DNA from: Eledone cirrhosa | Lineage: Eukaryota | Direction of reading: 5' to 3' | NCBI GenBank assembly: GCA_964016885.1 | Contig: CAXHJY010000106.1 | Span: 19,262 to 83,261 of the forward strand | Length of the DNA: 64,000 nt | Shown: positions 43,975 through 58,160 of the stretch, piece by piece | Layout: the number at the start of each line of letters is the position of its first letter | Numbering within the stretch: position 1 is the first letter of the stretch | Translations under genes and position numbers: made by a program | The notes under the pieces: generated by a model | Told to the model about the DNA's origin: nothing | Databases searched by the model: none | What the model saw: only the letters and a program-made list of their open reading frames with translations

Positions 43975-44355
43975 CAAGAGCAATACGACGACCACAACTG
44001 CCACTACCAACACCGCCACCACTACCATCATTAACACCAACACTACCACCATCGCCAGTATCTATACCATGACCACTACCATCATCAACGACATCAAAAG
44101 CACCACGAGCACCAGCACCACAGCCACCATTAACACCACCACCAGCAACAACAACAGCAACACCACCACCACCATCAACATCAGAATATGCACCACTACC
44201 ACCACCACCACTACCATCACTATACCACCACCACCAACAACAACAGTAACAGCAACACCACCACCAACAACAACAGCAAAACATGCATTACTACCACCAC
44301 CCCCATAACTACCACCAACACGACCAACACCACCACCATCACCACCACAACCAGC
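42745..44355. repeat. (ACC)n-rich minisatellite complex
   Basis: About 10 units of acaa(c/t)tatcaccgccatt...ccccctaaccgccac (42760-43380), then ~120-bp units (43560-44050). Confidence 0.9.
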
Positions 44356-44757
44356 AGCAAAACAAAACCTTTGACTCTAATATACCCAGATATTTACCCA
44401 CTACCCCCTTCTAATTGTACCTAACCCCCCCCAGTTTAACCTACTGTGGGGAGACTAATTGGTTCCAACTGGGTACGAACTCGGGTTCAACGTAATGTGG
44501 GGGTTAAAGGAGAGAAAGAGAGAGAGACTGTGAGAGAGAGAGAGAAAGAGAGAGAGAGAAAGAGAGAGAGAGAGAAAGAGAGAGAGAGAAAGAGAGAGAG
44601 AGAGAAAGAGAATGAAAGAGAAAGAAAGGGAGAGGGGGAAAGAGAAAGAGAGAGGGGGAAGAGAGAGATAAAAAGAGGAATCTTGTTTGCTTTCGCTGAA
44701 AGTTATGTGGGTCACATGAGCTGGTGCACTTTTCTGTTAATGTAGGGGATATATATA

Positions 44758-44812
<55 letters not shown>

Positions 44813-44823
44813 TAATATATATA

Positions 44824-44874
<51 letters not shown>

Positions 44875-44931
44875 ATATGTATATATATTATATATATAAT
44901 ATATATATATATTATATATATATATATATAT

Positions 44932-44965
<34 letters not shown>

Positions 44966-45054
44966 ATATATTATATATATATATATATATTATATATATA
45001 TATATATACATATATACACGTATATACACATACATATACACACATATACATATA

Positions 45055-45107
<53 letters not shown>

Positions 45108-45178
45108 CTATATATACAAACATACATACCCATGTATATATTTACATGCATGCTTATATATACATTCATACACATTCA

Positions 45179-45225
<47 letters not shown>

Positions 45226-45271
45226 GTGTGTGTGTGTGCATATCTATCTATATATCTATCTATATATCTAT

Positions 45272-45311
<40 letters not shown>

Positions 45312-45386
45312 TGAGAGAGATATATATTAAATAAACTCACATATATATGAATACATGAAGGCAGATGTCTATCAGTGACCGTGTGC

Positions 45387-45425
<39 letters not shown>

Positions 45426-45462
45426 CATACATGGGTATATACATATCTTCCTACCTAACTAC

Positions 45463-45750
45463 CTTCCCATGAGGCCCAACGTAATGGCGATAAACATTTA
45501 CAATACCATTGGCAAGAGTGATTGTCATGGCTGTCAACAGCAAATACACACAAGAACCAGAATATATCGACACATTTACAAATAAGGAAATATTGGTGAA
45601 ATATCCCAATAAAAACAGGATTCCGGTGCAAAGAAAACAGCGCCTTTATAGCTCAATTGGAAAAAAAGGAAACAAAAACCTCTGCGCTATTGTAGGGGTC
45701 ACCTGCTTGACAGATGTGTCATCTGCGGATTCTTGGGAAGTAATGTGGAA
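45463..45750 (-). other. candidate exon or pseudoexon of a membrane protein, with in-frame TAA at 45646-45648
   Basis: Acceptor ttttcag| and donor AAG|gtagtt; 288 nt of unique sequence encoding two hydrophobic segments. Confidence 0.35.
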
Positions 45751-45998
45751 CTGAAAACTTAAAACTCCTTCATCTACTTCCTATAGATTTTCGATTTGTA
45801 TCGATTATGAACAAAGGCAGCGAAATCGAAGTGGCAGAGTCGTTTAAAATGTCGGATAGAATGTTTTGCGGTATTCAGTCAGTTATTTTTTTTTTTGTCT
45901 CTCTATGTCTACCGAAGATAACTTCCTTGCGTTTCATCCTTTAGAGGTTGATAAATAAAGTACCAGTCTAGTACTGGAATAAACTCTCTCTCTCTCTC

Positions 45999-46038
<40 letters not shown>

Positions 46039-46075
46039 TCTCTCTCTCTCTCAATGTGTGTATGTATATATATAC

Positions 46076-46117
<42 letters not shown>

Positions 46118-46199
46118 ATGGTTTGCTAATTTATTTTGATATTAACTGTCTTCGGAACTGAGTCCTCTACTTACTAAAGGTATAACCTCCATTTTTTAC

Positions 46200-46239
<40 letters not shown>

Positions 46240-46313
46240 ATATATAAATTAAATAGCTCTGTACTATACATGCAACACTCTTTATTCCTTTACCTTTTCT
46301 ACGGAAATACACA

Positions 46314-46357
<44 letters not shown>

Positions 46358-46516
46358 AAGGTAAGGCAACACAAACAAGAGATGGACAGTTTTCCTATAT
46401 ATCTTGTATCGTATTCACGAAAAACATGACTGAATAGTCCTCAGTGTAACTTCTTAGAATTAGGTAGTCATGCCGTTTGGAAGAGCTGATAGCCTTGCCC
46501 AAATGTGATATGCAGG

Positions 46517-46725
46517 GATGACCACTGCTGCAGTATACACACTCGAGATCTAGTTAACATCTACGTCATATTCACATATATATTTAAGAACTATGCATTT
46601 TAAGATATAAGTCCTCACATCTGGAATTGATGACTACTGTTGCTGTACGCGAACCAGAGATCTCGTTAACATATACGTCATATTTACATTTAAGGCATAT
46701 GCACTTTAAGCTTTCACATCTGGCG
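46517..46725. repeat. two diverged ~112-bp direct repeats
   Basis: gatgac.actg.tgc.gta...gagatct.gttaacat.tacgtcatatt.acat occurs twice. Confidence 0.75.
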
Positions 46726-47047
46726 ATTATGACAGATTTAGTAGTTATAAACTTTACTACAATAAACAGTTGGTCTGCATATATTAATAGGTTTGTGGGT
46801 CTTGAGAGTGATAGTAGTAATTAGTTAACGGTTCAATTCTGCATGGTTCCGGTAGTGCTGGATGTAATAGGTATCAGTAATGGTGTTCATGTTGATGGTT
46901 CTATTGGTAACGGTGCTGGGGTTCATGGAGGTGTTCTTTGATTTATAAGGTTAAGCAATGGCGGCGGTGTCTCAAAAGGTTGCAAAATACAAACATTTCT
47001 CTTTTTTTTTATTTTACCCGGGTTTGATTTGTTATGGTTATTTATTC

Positions 47048-47096
<49 letters not shown>

Positions 47097-47351
47097 TATA
47101 TATATATATAACATATTCAATATATTATATATATAAATATATATATATAAAATATATATTATATATATATATACTATATATATAAAATATAAAATATATA
47201 ATATATATATACTATATATATAAAATATAATATATATATATAAAATATACAATATATAATATATATAAATGTATATATAATATATATGTGTGTGTGTGTG
47301 TGTATATAAATACAAAATACAAATGTATATATATATATAAATGTATGTATG

Positions 47352-47410
<59 letters not shown>

Positions 47411-47509
47411 CTATTTATATACATCATGTTCTGTGTTTGTTTTAGGAGAGAAACGGAAAAGCTATTAATTTAAGAAACTGGCACAGATGCTATTTTGAAT
47501 TATTAAAAA

Positions 47510-47574
<65 letters not shown>

Positions 47575-47676
47575 TACACACACACATACATACATATATG
47601 CATGCAAGTATATATGCCCTTTACAATAATATGTCTAAACTTGTTAACAGAGAAACCGCTATATATAGAAAAATAT

Positions 47677-47712
<36 letters not shown>

Positions 47713-47735
47713 GTATATTTATATAAGAAAATATT

Positions 47736-47779
<44 letters not shown>

Positions 47780-48185
47780 ATTATATATACACATACATAA
47801 ACATATATTCATATAACTATATATATATATATATATATACAGATGTATGTGTATAAAGACACAGTTAATATAAAGATTTCCATTAAATCTCACATCCTAG
47901 TTTAATCATCACCTCAGACTTGCATAAGTCATTATATAAACATTACTGTGTTGTTAATCCGGCATAGACAAACTTTACTGTCCGGTCTATTTAATATGAT
48001 TTAAATATACTTATGTAATGTAACGTCACGCCTTGACTCATATAAAATGTATATATTTATGTATAAAGGTAAATATATGTATATTTGTACATATGCACGT
48101 ATGTACTTAATATATATATATGTCCCAAGGTTCTGATACCATCAACACCATAAACACAGAGCTGACATTTCTAAGAACTGACTAA

Positions 48186-48239
48186 CTGCCTGATGAGGTC
48201 ATATCCATTCAATGGTTATCATCGAAATATATATAGCAG
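48186..48239 (+). ncRNA. type I hammerhead ribozyme motif
   Basis: ctgc-CTGATGA-ggt..ccatt/aatgg..atc-GAAA-tatata-TA-gcag, then AATAAA. Confidence 0.85.
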
Positions 48240-48295
48240 AAAATAAAGGAGTATGAGTTCATGCAATTGACTTATGTTTCGTCACTATATATATA

Positions 48296-48365
<70 letters not shown>

Positions 48366-48374
48366 GGCATAAGC

Positions 48375-48756
48375 AGAAGGGATATTCAATTTGTTGGTAA
48401 TTCAACAAATATAAATGTTTATAACTGATTCAGAGCACTCGACAGTTTTCTGGTGTATAATATTCAATAATATTAAATAAATGGAAACTATATTTATAAA
48501 ACCACATTTATTCTATTATATATATTTCAAGGGTAAAAAAAACTTTGGTACGCTTTCATCAGATAAAATACAAAGTGTGTTTTATAAATTATGACATAAG
48601 CAAGGAAACATACCTTTCAACTGATTCAACTGATAAGATATGTTCCTTGGCTATGTCAATATTTATAAAACACACTTTGTATTTTATCTGATGAAAGCGT
48701 ACCAAAGTTTTTGGAACCGTTTTATAAATATAGTTTCCATTTATTTAATATCATTG
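48375..48756. mobile_element. PLE-like family A element in reverse orientation (palindrome 48465-48756, tail 48375-48464)
   Basis: Homologous to 33514-33970. The right arm has lost the GAAA half of its hammerhead. Confidence 0.8.
48509..48570 (-). ncRNA. type I hammerhead ribozyme motif
   Basis: tattttat-CTGATGA-aag..ctt-GAAA-tatata-TA-atagaata. Confidence 0.8.
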
Positions 48757-48948
48757 TATATATAGGCATATATATTTCATATATATATGCCTATATATAC
48801 ATATGACCATATACAGTCATACAAACACGTATATATATATATATATATAAATATATATATGTGTGTGTGTGTGTGTGTATGTGTGTATGTGTGTGTCTAT
48901 GTATATATATATGTGTGTGTGAGTGCGTGTGTGTGTGTGTATGTATAG

Positions 48949-48984
<36 letters not shown>

Positions 48985-48999
48985 CGTGTGTCTGTGTAT

Positions 49000-49031
<32 letters not shown>

Positions 49032-49049
49032 CGTGTGTGTGTGTCTGTG

Positions 49050-49098
<49 letters not shown>

Positions 49099-49204
49099 TA
49101 TACATACATACATATGCCCATTTGCATTCACACACAAACGCATATATATATGTATATGTATGTATATATATTTGTGTGTGTGTGTGTGTTAGATAAGTAT
49201 GTAA

Positions 49205-49261
<57 letters not shown>

Positions 49262-49730
49262 CACCCGCATGTATTATGCATTCACATGTGCCAGTGCATT
49301 AGAAAGAATAATAGAGAGAAGCATGGTCGTTAAGTGCAACAGTATAGATATAAGTACATTTGTGTCGTGTATAAGTTGGCACGCATGCGCACCTGACAAA
49401 ATTGGTGTCTGATACATGTAGAGTGGTAAGAAATTGATGTATTGATGTTGGTTTAGGTCGTTGCGGACATGTATGTATATACATGTATGTATGGGTATAT
49501 ATATATATGTATCAGACACCATATATTCTCATATAATATATTCTCATATTCAAAATATATATTTTATTATACATATTTCAAAGGTACTGTGGTGTTTAAG
49601 TAGGGTTTTGATTATTATGTTTGCAACGGTGTTTATGTACGGTTTTGATTATGTAATCTATTATAAAATTGTATTCGTTGAATCATCAACGAACCATATA
49701 AACTTTGGTTATATATATATATATATATAT

Positions 49731-49953
49731 ATTAGGAAATATATAGCTTTAACCGTATTTTTTTTTTTTTTACTAAAGGAAGTTTAGCTTGATAACGGGG
49801 TTTAGAACCCTCAGATAAATGGAAAAAGATGAGTATTGACGTACATGTACGTCAATACTCATCTTTTTCCATTTATCTGAGGGTTCTAAACCCCGTTATC
49901 AAGCTAAAATTCCTTTAGTAAAAATTACGGTGAAAGCTATATATTTTCTAATT
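49731..49953. repeat. ~110-bp-arm palindrome in (TA)n
   Basis: Centre gacgtacatgtacgtc with no spacer. No convincing hammerhead core. Confidence 0.85.
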
Positions 49954-50509
49954 TCAAACTCGCTCACTGTTTCAAAACATACTTACTTGGTATATATATA
50001 TATATATACACATATATATAGCCTTGCACACACACTCACACACACACACATATATATATATATACGAAGTGTGTCAGAAAAGTTCCAGGACTGATGTCAC
50101 AAAAGATATAGATATAGACTGATGTCACAAAAGATGGAGTTTGTAACTGTAATCTTAGCTCTCTGCAGCGATCAAACTTTTTTCTTCATACTTTTATATA
50201 CATGTCCCCTGTCCTTGAGCAAGACACTTTATTTCACGTTGCTCCTTCTACCTGGAGTTGCGACCGATAGATAGTATTAGCAATTGGAAAGACCAATGGA
50301 AACATTGTTTCCTCGGTCCGATTTGACGAAAGTCGATCGTTAGGAATATATATATATATATATATATAAGTATATCCCGGGTTCAATCGGGGGTAATCAC
50401 AGCAAGTGAGGTACTCAATACAAAGCTGAGTATAAATATTTAAAATAGAAAAGGCTTCTACAGGACTAGAACTGTTTCATTCGGGAGATATAGGATGCTG
50501 AATTTGCTG

Positions 50510-50563
<54 letters not shown>

Positions 50564-50781
50564 TATATCAAAATTATATATTGAGTTAGAAAATCAAAAT
50601 AGTCTCTTACAATTAAATAGCTCAGGGAAAAAAAAAATTTTCCCGGCCGTGTAATATAATTCAATATAAGGGACCGTATAATATAATTCAATTCGTAAGG
50701 GATCAGATTCGCTAGTGAATCTGGTCCCTTACAATTTGAACACATATATGTTTATATGTATGTTTATCTCTCTTTATTATA

Positions 50782-51060
50782 GGGCGGTGGATTGGCAGTA
50801 TCGGTAGAGGGTCGGACGCCATGCTTTGACGCATAGAGTTACGGCCCTTGCCATTCTGAGTTGGAAAGACCAACGGAAACCTTGTTTCCTCGGTCCGATT
50901 TAACGAAATGTCCATCGACTGTTATTACGTCCCTTTACGATCTGAGTTCAAATCCCGCGGAGGTTAACTTTGCCTTTCATCCTTACGGGGTCGATAAAAT
51001 AAAGTACCAGAAATGTACTGTGTAATTTTGCTGGCCTTGTGCCAACAAGTAGAAACATTT
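50782..51060 (+). mobile_element. full S1 SINE interrupted by an S2 tail fragment
   Basis: S1 head, then ggaaagaccaacggaaac..cctcggtccgattt (50862-50917), then S1 resumes. Confidence 0.8.
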
Positions 51061-51070
51061 ATTATATTGA

Positions 51071-51160
<90 letters not shown>

Positions 51161-51204
51161 AATATCAGTAGTGGTAGAGCATTCAGGCCATGAGACGAGT
51201 TTGG

Positions 51205-51331
51205 TAGAAGTAGTAACACAACAGTTATTTCACCATACCGAGAACAAATGTTTCACCCTAGCGAATCTTCAGAAGATCCGTTAAGGTGAAACATTTATTC
51301 TCGATATGATGACTAACTGTTGTGTTACTAC

Positions 51332-51336
<5 letters not shown>
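51205..51336. mobile_element. PLE-like palindrome centred on a hammerhead core
   Basis: Centre tcttc-a-gaaga. Minus arm reads CTGAAGA-ttcgctagggt-GAAA-catttg-TT. Confidence 0.65.
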
Positions 51337-51391
<55 letters not shown>

Positions 51392-51954
51392 AGGAAGTTA
51401 TAGTTCACTTGAAGCGTTGTGTAATGAGGTATAAACGTTTGTATTTGTAAAGCCAAGACAATGCAGGTATGGACATAGAATAAAGAATGCAAATGCAAAA
51501 GATATTGTTGACAATATATATATATATATATATACACACTTCTTTTCCTTTACGAGATTTCTAGTGAAAGATATTTTGAAAATAATTTTGAAAACATTCC
51601 AGATTTCGTTGAGGATTTAGTAATATAATTCACAATCTCATTATTAAATTGGTGTTTAAAACATAACAGCAGTAAAAATCTAAATCTTTCTGTTTCGTTA
51701 GCATATTTCTAATGTAAGATGGCGCCTATGATATTTAAATTGTTTTAAAAATAATCAATAATTTAGGGAGATTTCGAAATATAACCATCTTTTTAATTAT
51801 TAGGCTGGGTTTTCTGAACATAATTTGACAAATTTTCTTAGAACAGAATCATGATTTGTAGGAAGAATTTTAGAAATATTTAAGTACTTTACTATGCGCA
51901 GCACTATATCGTAGAAACAAGAGCGGTTTCAGATATTCAAGACTGTTTTGTGCC

Positions 51955-52866
51955 CTGACTAGCATCAGGCGATTCTTACACCGGTTTCTGTGACGTGAAG
52001 CGGCTGAAAGTACAAGACTTCCCCCTGGAATAGACTCTAGTCAATCGTAGGGTTAAATTCCCAGCTGTGTATACTAGAGCAATACGGAATGAAGTGTTTT
52101 TGCCCAAGAACACAACATACAACAAGATCTAGGAATCGAACCCATGGCATTATGATCTTAGTTCCGACACCCTTTCCACTGGAGCAACGGGAAATTAAGT
52201 ATGTTGCTCAAGAACACAACACACAACCCTGTCCAGGAATCGAAACCATGACGTTATGATAATTCGAACACCTTTACCACTGGAGCTAAGTGAAATGAAA
52301 TATTTGGCTCAAGAGCACAACAAAACACTGGAGAAATGTGAAATGAAGTGTTTATCTCAAGATTACAATATACAACTCAGTCCAGAATTTAAACCCACAA
52401 GATTATGATCGAAAGTTCAAAACCCTGACCACTAGAATGACGTGAAATGAAGTATTTTACTCAAGAACATAACACACAACCCAGTCCAGGAATCGAACCT
52501 CAGACATTATGATCTTAGGTCCAAAACCCTTACCACTGGAGCAAATTGAAATGAAGTATTTTTGCTCAAGAACACAGCACACAATCCTGTCCAGAAATCG
52601 AACACATGAAAGTCAACACCCTTACTACATGATCAACATGGAATGAAGTATTTTGCCGAAGAACACAACACAACACAACACAACACACAACCCGATATAG
52701 GAATCGAACCTATGACACTATGATCGCAAGTCCAACATCCTTACCACTGGAATAACGTGAAATAAAGATTTTTGCACAAGAACACAACACACAACCCAGC
52801 CCAGGAATCAAACCCACTACATTATTGTCATATGCCCAACACCCTTACCAGTAGACCACACGCCTG
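51955..52866 (-). mobile_element. SINE with about 8 tandem diverged tRNA-head/CORE units and one Nin-like domain
   Basis: Units of ~105 bp start at ~52072, 52178, 52279, 52326, 52431, 52535, 52627 and 52746. Most carry aggaatcgaacc (reverse-complement B-box) and caagaacacaac. Confidence 0.8.
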
Positions 52867-53247
52867 CAAGATTTCGGATATATTGGTATCAAAGTGGTTA
52901 AAGAAATGCGTCTCGAAATTTCAATGAGGTTTTCCTAATTAATCTACCAGAAAGAGAAACCCTCAAGATATTCTACCATTGGTTTATTGTTGCTGCTCTT
53001 GTTATTATGGCTGTTCCTTCCGTTGGTAGAATTAGTGATGGTAGTGGTGGGCGTATTAGAAGCGAGGGAGCGACAGAAATAAAGGGGTGGTGGGTAGTTA
53101 GCTAGTCATCTTGATGATAAAAGTCACTCGGTTATTGGTGTGTTGAGTACGTGCCTATAGAGCGTTACGATGTGGTACCCTGTGGCGCGTGTTGTGAGGC
53201 ATATGGTATTGTGAAGTATATATATGTATAGAGTGGGTGTACATGTC

Positions 53248-53292
<45 letters not shown>

Positions 53293-53324
53293 TCTCTACA
53301 TATTCTCTCTCTCTCTCACTCGAA

Positions 53325-53359
<35 letters not shown>

Positions 53360-53633
53360 AATATATATAGCGTAGTTTATGTAGAGTGGTGTGTGTCTAT
53401 GTATATATGTGTTTGTATGTATAAATGTTGATTTTATGTATATATATATATATATGTGTGTGTGAATGTGTGAGTGTGTGTCTGTCTATATATATGTGTA
53501 GCACTTTCTCTCTCTCTGTTTAGGTAGCCACTGGATATTGTTAAGTAGTAAAAGTGGGTGGATATTTTGTCTAAAGGACGCGACGATGGGTGCGTGGTGA
53601 GGGTGGCTGTAGAGGGTGGGAGGTTTTGTGTGA

Positions 53634-53693
<60 letters not shown>

Positions 53694-53990
53694 GAAAGGA
53701 ACAAACAAGAACCAAACAAACACATTAAAAGATAAAAAAAAAAATACGAGAGGTAATGAAACGGGTGGCCGGGTGTGTTGGAGAGAATAAAACAGAATTA
53801 GATTGTTTTGCCATAACAACACCTAACAGAAATCCACTATTTGTAATACTACTACTACTACTACCACCAACATCTCTTCTAAAACCAACACTACTACTAT
53901 TACTACCACCACTACTACCACCATCACCACCAATGATATTACATACCACACACTATTATACCACTAAAATCTCCTCCAACCCTGCTACTG

Positions 53991-54024
<34 letters not shown>

Positions 54025-54074
54025 CATTTAGTGTCCCAAAATCACTGAAGATAGATTAAACATACCCTACATTG

Positions 54075-54125
<51 letters not shown>

Positions 54126-54135
54126 CATTTTAAAA

Positions 54136-54222
54136 GGGTGCGTCGAGCCGCCGATTATTGAGTCGGGTAGGATCGATACAGATCGAACCTTGAGCTGATC
54201 AGTGGCGAAACGCGCGTCACCT
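54136..54222 (+). ncRNA. hammerhead-like motif with extended stem II and a degenerate core
   Basis: gggt-GCGTCGA-gccgccgatta..tgatcagtggc-GAAA-cgcgcg-TC-acct, then AATAAA. Confidence 0.5.
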
Positions 54223-54278
54223 ATCAATAAATGCAATGAAGGAGTAATCAATCGTCCTTGTTATCCTTTATATATATA

Positions 54279-54339
<61 letters not shown>

Positions 54340-54562
54340 TATACATATATTATATATATATATATATATATATACATATATATACATATATTATATATAT
54401 ATATATATACACATATATTATATATATATTATATATATATATATATACACATATATTATATATATATTATATATATATATATATACACATATATTATATA
54501 TATATATATATATATACATATATATACATATATATACATATATATACATATATTATATATAC

Positions 54563-54601
<39 letters not shown>

Positions 54602-55021
54602 CTATATATATATATCTAGCGACACACAGACGTATCTACAAACTTACACGACTCCATGTCTAAACATACGTATGAATAGATATATAGATATATATATGTA
54701 TACCATTCAGAAAAACGTCATCATACAATTGTACATATGCTACATATGCTGTAAAGCATATATAAGAATGTGCGAAATACTTGAAAAAAATTATCGTACC
54801 CGAAATATAAAGACATAAAAATGCAAATAGAGAGAAAACAAACACACAACCAAGCCACAACACCGACAATATATATATATATAGATATATATAGATATGG
54901 AACAATAAAAATACTGAAATAAACATAGAATTCAACAACAACAACAACAACAACAACAATGCCCCCCCTCAATATATATAATATATATATTATACAAATA
55001 TATATATATATATTATCTCTT

Positions 55022-55062
<41 letters not shown>

Positions 55063-55113
55063 GATATACATATTAGATAAACAAATATATATATATATTC
55101 TCTCTCTCTCTCA

Positions 55114-55187
<74 letters not shown>

Positions 55188-55496
55188 CTATATATGCATG
55201 TGTGTAAATATATATGTATAAATATATATATATATATATATACATATGTATATCTTTGAGTATGTATATATATATATATATGCATTAAAATAAAATGATA
55301 CAACAGCAATATAACAAAACGCAACAATAGAAATGTGCATTATTCATGAATAGATGTTATTTCTAAACCACGATTGTAAAAGCTTAAAATAGGAGAGGGC
55401 GGTGTGAAGTAAATAGATAAACATAAATGTAACACAAACAAAATAGCAATATCACTACTACTACTACTACTACTATTACTACTACTACTACTTCTA

Positions 55497-55642
55497 ATTG
55501 TTTCTACTTTTTGGCACAAGGCCAGCAATTTTTGGGGAGGGGAAAGTCGATTAAATCGACTCCAGTGAGTGACTGGTACTTTATTTTATCGACCCTGTAA
55601 GGATGAAAGGCAAAGTTAACCTCGGCGAGATTTGAACTCAGA
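55497..55642 (-). mobile_element. SINE S1 3' portion
   Basis: Colinear with the other S1 copies. Confidence 0.85.
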
Positions 55643-55649
55643 TAATATT

Positions 55650-55716
<67 letters not shown>

Positions 55717-55719
55717 TAT

Positions 55720-56070
55720 GTAGCCTGCCCGTTTGACACGAAAGTACAAGAAAAGGAGAGGGAGAAAATTAAACGATACCAGGACTTAAAGTGGGAGTTA
55801 AAAAGGATTTGGAACTGCTATGAAATCAAGATCGTCCCGATTGTCATGGGCGCACTAGGTACTATCTCAAAGAGTTTCCAAGGATGGTTAAAGAAGATTA
55901 GTCCAGCCGCACTTTTTGGAACACTTCAAAAGGCATGCTTGCTGGGAACAGCAAGAACCCTTCGATACGTCCTGAATATCTGAGGCTGCAGGTAGCGGCT
56001 TGATATTCATTTCAACAAACTTTCCAGTTAAATAACATCAATGACTGAGACTCAAAGAACAAAAATAATA
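55720..56070 (+). mobile_element. Dong/R4-clade LINE 3' remnant in (TAA)n (coding 55720-55983)
   Basis: VACPFDTKVQEKEREKIKRYQDLKWELKRIW..IVPIVMGALG..LQKACLLGTARTLR, an RLE C-terminus. Flanked by (TAA)/(CAA) repeats. Confidence 0.85.
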
Positions 56071-56413
56071 ACAATGATAACAACAACAACAAAAACAACA
56101 ACGACGCTGATGATGATGATGGGAAATAGTCGAAACAAAGACAGAAATCCATTGAAAAGCAAATAAAAAAAAATGTTCCCCTTTTGTGAAAGGCGAGGCG
56201 AACATTTTTTTAAAAATTGGATTAGATAACCGAAAACGACATTAGGCATTTTAGATATGTGTAAAGTGACTTTAATGATAAGTGGTTCAAACTGAATACA
56301 TCGATTGCATTGCAGACATATTAGAAGGATTATTAGGTATATATATATATATATATGTATGTGTATATATACAGTATATACACTCATACAGACACGTCCA
56401 TATATATAATATA

Positions 56414-56455
<42 letters not shown>

Positions 56456-56524
56456 TATACCCATATATATAAATATATATTGATATGATTGTGTATGTCA
56501 GTTTTAAAAGAATGTAAACCCAGA

Positions 56525-56581
<57 letters not shown>

Positions 56582-56640
56582 CACTATAGGTATGCATTTT
56601 TTTAACGTTCACTTTTCACACAGATATATATATATATATA

Positions 56641-56687
<47 letters not shown>

Positions 56688-56727
56688 GTTATGGATGAGC
56701 ATTTTTTTAACACTTACGCTCACAGAG

Positions 56728-56779
<52 letters not shown>

Positions 56780-56819
56780 CTCTGTATATATACATATATA
56801 TATATATACATATATATAT

Positions 56820-56860
<41 letters not shown>

Positions 56861-56988
56861 CATATATATATATATACATATATATACATATATATATATA
56901 CTCATACACAGAAATCTACATGTCGGTTCTACGAATAGAAATAGATCATGCGCTAAATTTGATTATAACCGTGTTATGCCATCACCAC

Positions 56989-57040
<52 letters not shown>

Positions 57041-57290
57041 TATATATATGTATATGCTTGTGAGTGTATACATACATGCATTTAAACGTACAGATGCACA
57101 TACACACATATATAGGTATATCTAGATATATCTAGACATGCCTGTATATGCAATATAATCATAGAATTCTAATAAATTATTAACTTGAGTGAGAAATAGG
57201 GAAAAAAATTATCATCTAAATTCTTCTTTATTTGGTATCATTAAATCTATTACTGGTGTCCATGTGTGTGTGTGTGTGTGTGTGTGTGTC

Positions 57291-57337
<47 letters not shown>

Positions 57338-57743
57338 GTATATATTTCGTTTCTGAATTTGTTTAGCAAGATTCTTTATCTGAAAAGGTGTGTTGAAACC
57401 GATATTGTTATACTTTGGGAGGGTCATGTTGCCAGTAAGAAACACACGCACCACTTGCTTTCACTCCGATTTATTATAAATTAAAAACATTTTTTTAAGA
57501 AAATATTTTAAGGAAATAAAAAATAAAAAATTTTTTAAAGAAAATTTTTTTTAAAAAGTTTTTTAATTTATTATAATTTGGAGTGAAAAAAACTGGTGCG
57601 TGTGTTTCTTATTGGAAACATGACCCCCCCCCCCAAAAAAAAAGTATAACAATATATGTATATATATGTATATGTATATATATATATCTATATATGGAGG
57701 AAGTTATAGTTCACTTGAAGCATTGTGTAATGAGGTATAAACG

Positions 57744-58093
57744 TTTGTATATGTATAATAAAGCCAAAACAATGCAGGTATGGACATAGAAGAAAGAATG
57801 CAAATGCAAAAGATATTGTAGACAATTAGTCTTTTACCTTAGGTTTATTTAAATGTCCTTAATTTTCAAGATAATATCTCTTCTTCGGGGGGAAGTAAAG
57901 CGGTTAAACCAGTGTTCTAAATAGCTTGCCAAGTCATGCTGACAGGAAATGAAGAAGAGGTATTATCTCGAAAATTAAAGACATTTAAATAAATCTAAGG
58001 TAAAAGACTAATTGTCAACAATATCTTTTGCATTTGCATTCTTTATTCTATGTCCATACTTGCATTGTTTTGGCTTTATTATACATATACAAA
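57744..58093. mobile_element. PLE-like palindrome, ~140-bp arms and ~65-bp spacer
   Basis: The inner ends of the arms carry (CC/AT)GAAGA-agag..atct(t/c)-GAAA-att, a degenerate hammerhead. The left arm plus tail is duplicated at ~51388-51513. Confidence 0.7.

Positions 58094-58160
<67 letters not shown>

Noticed and set aside
39937-44284. Pro/Thr/His-rich (385 aa) and Gly/Ser/Val-rich (326 aa) ORFs
   Set aside because: Products of GGT/ACC trinucleotide tracts; several frames are open and no domain is recognisable.
50063-50135. Mariner-like terminus tacgaagtgtgtcagaaaagttcc
   Set aside because: Only one end is visible and there is no matching TIR or transposase sequence.
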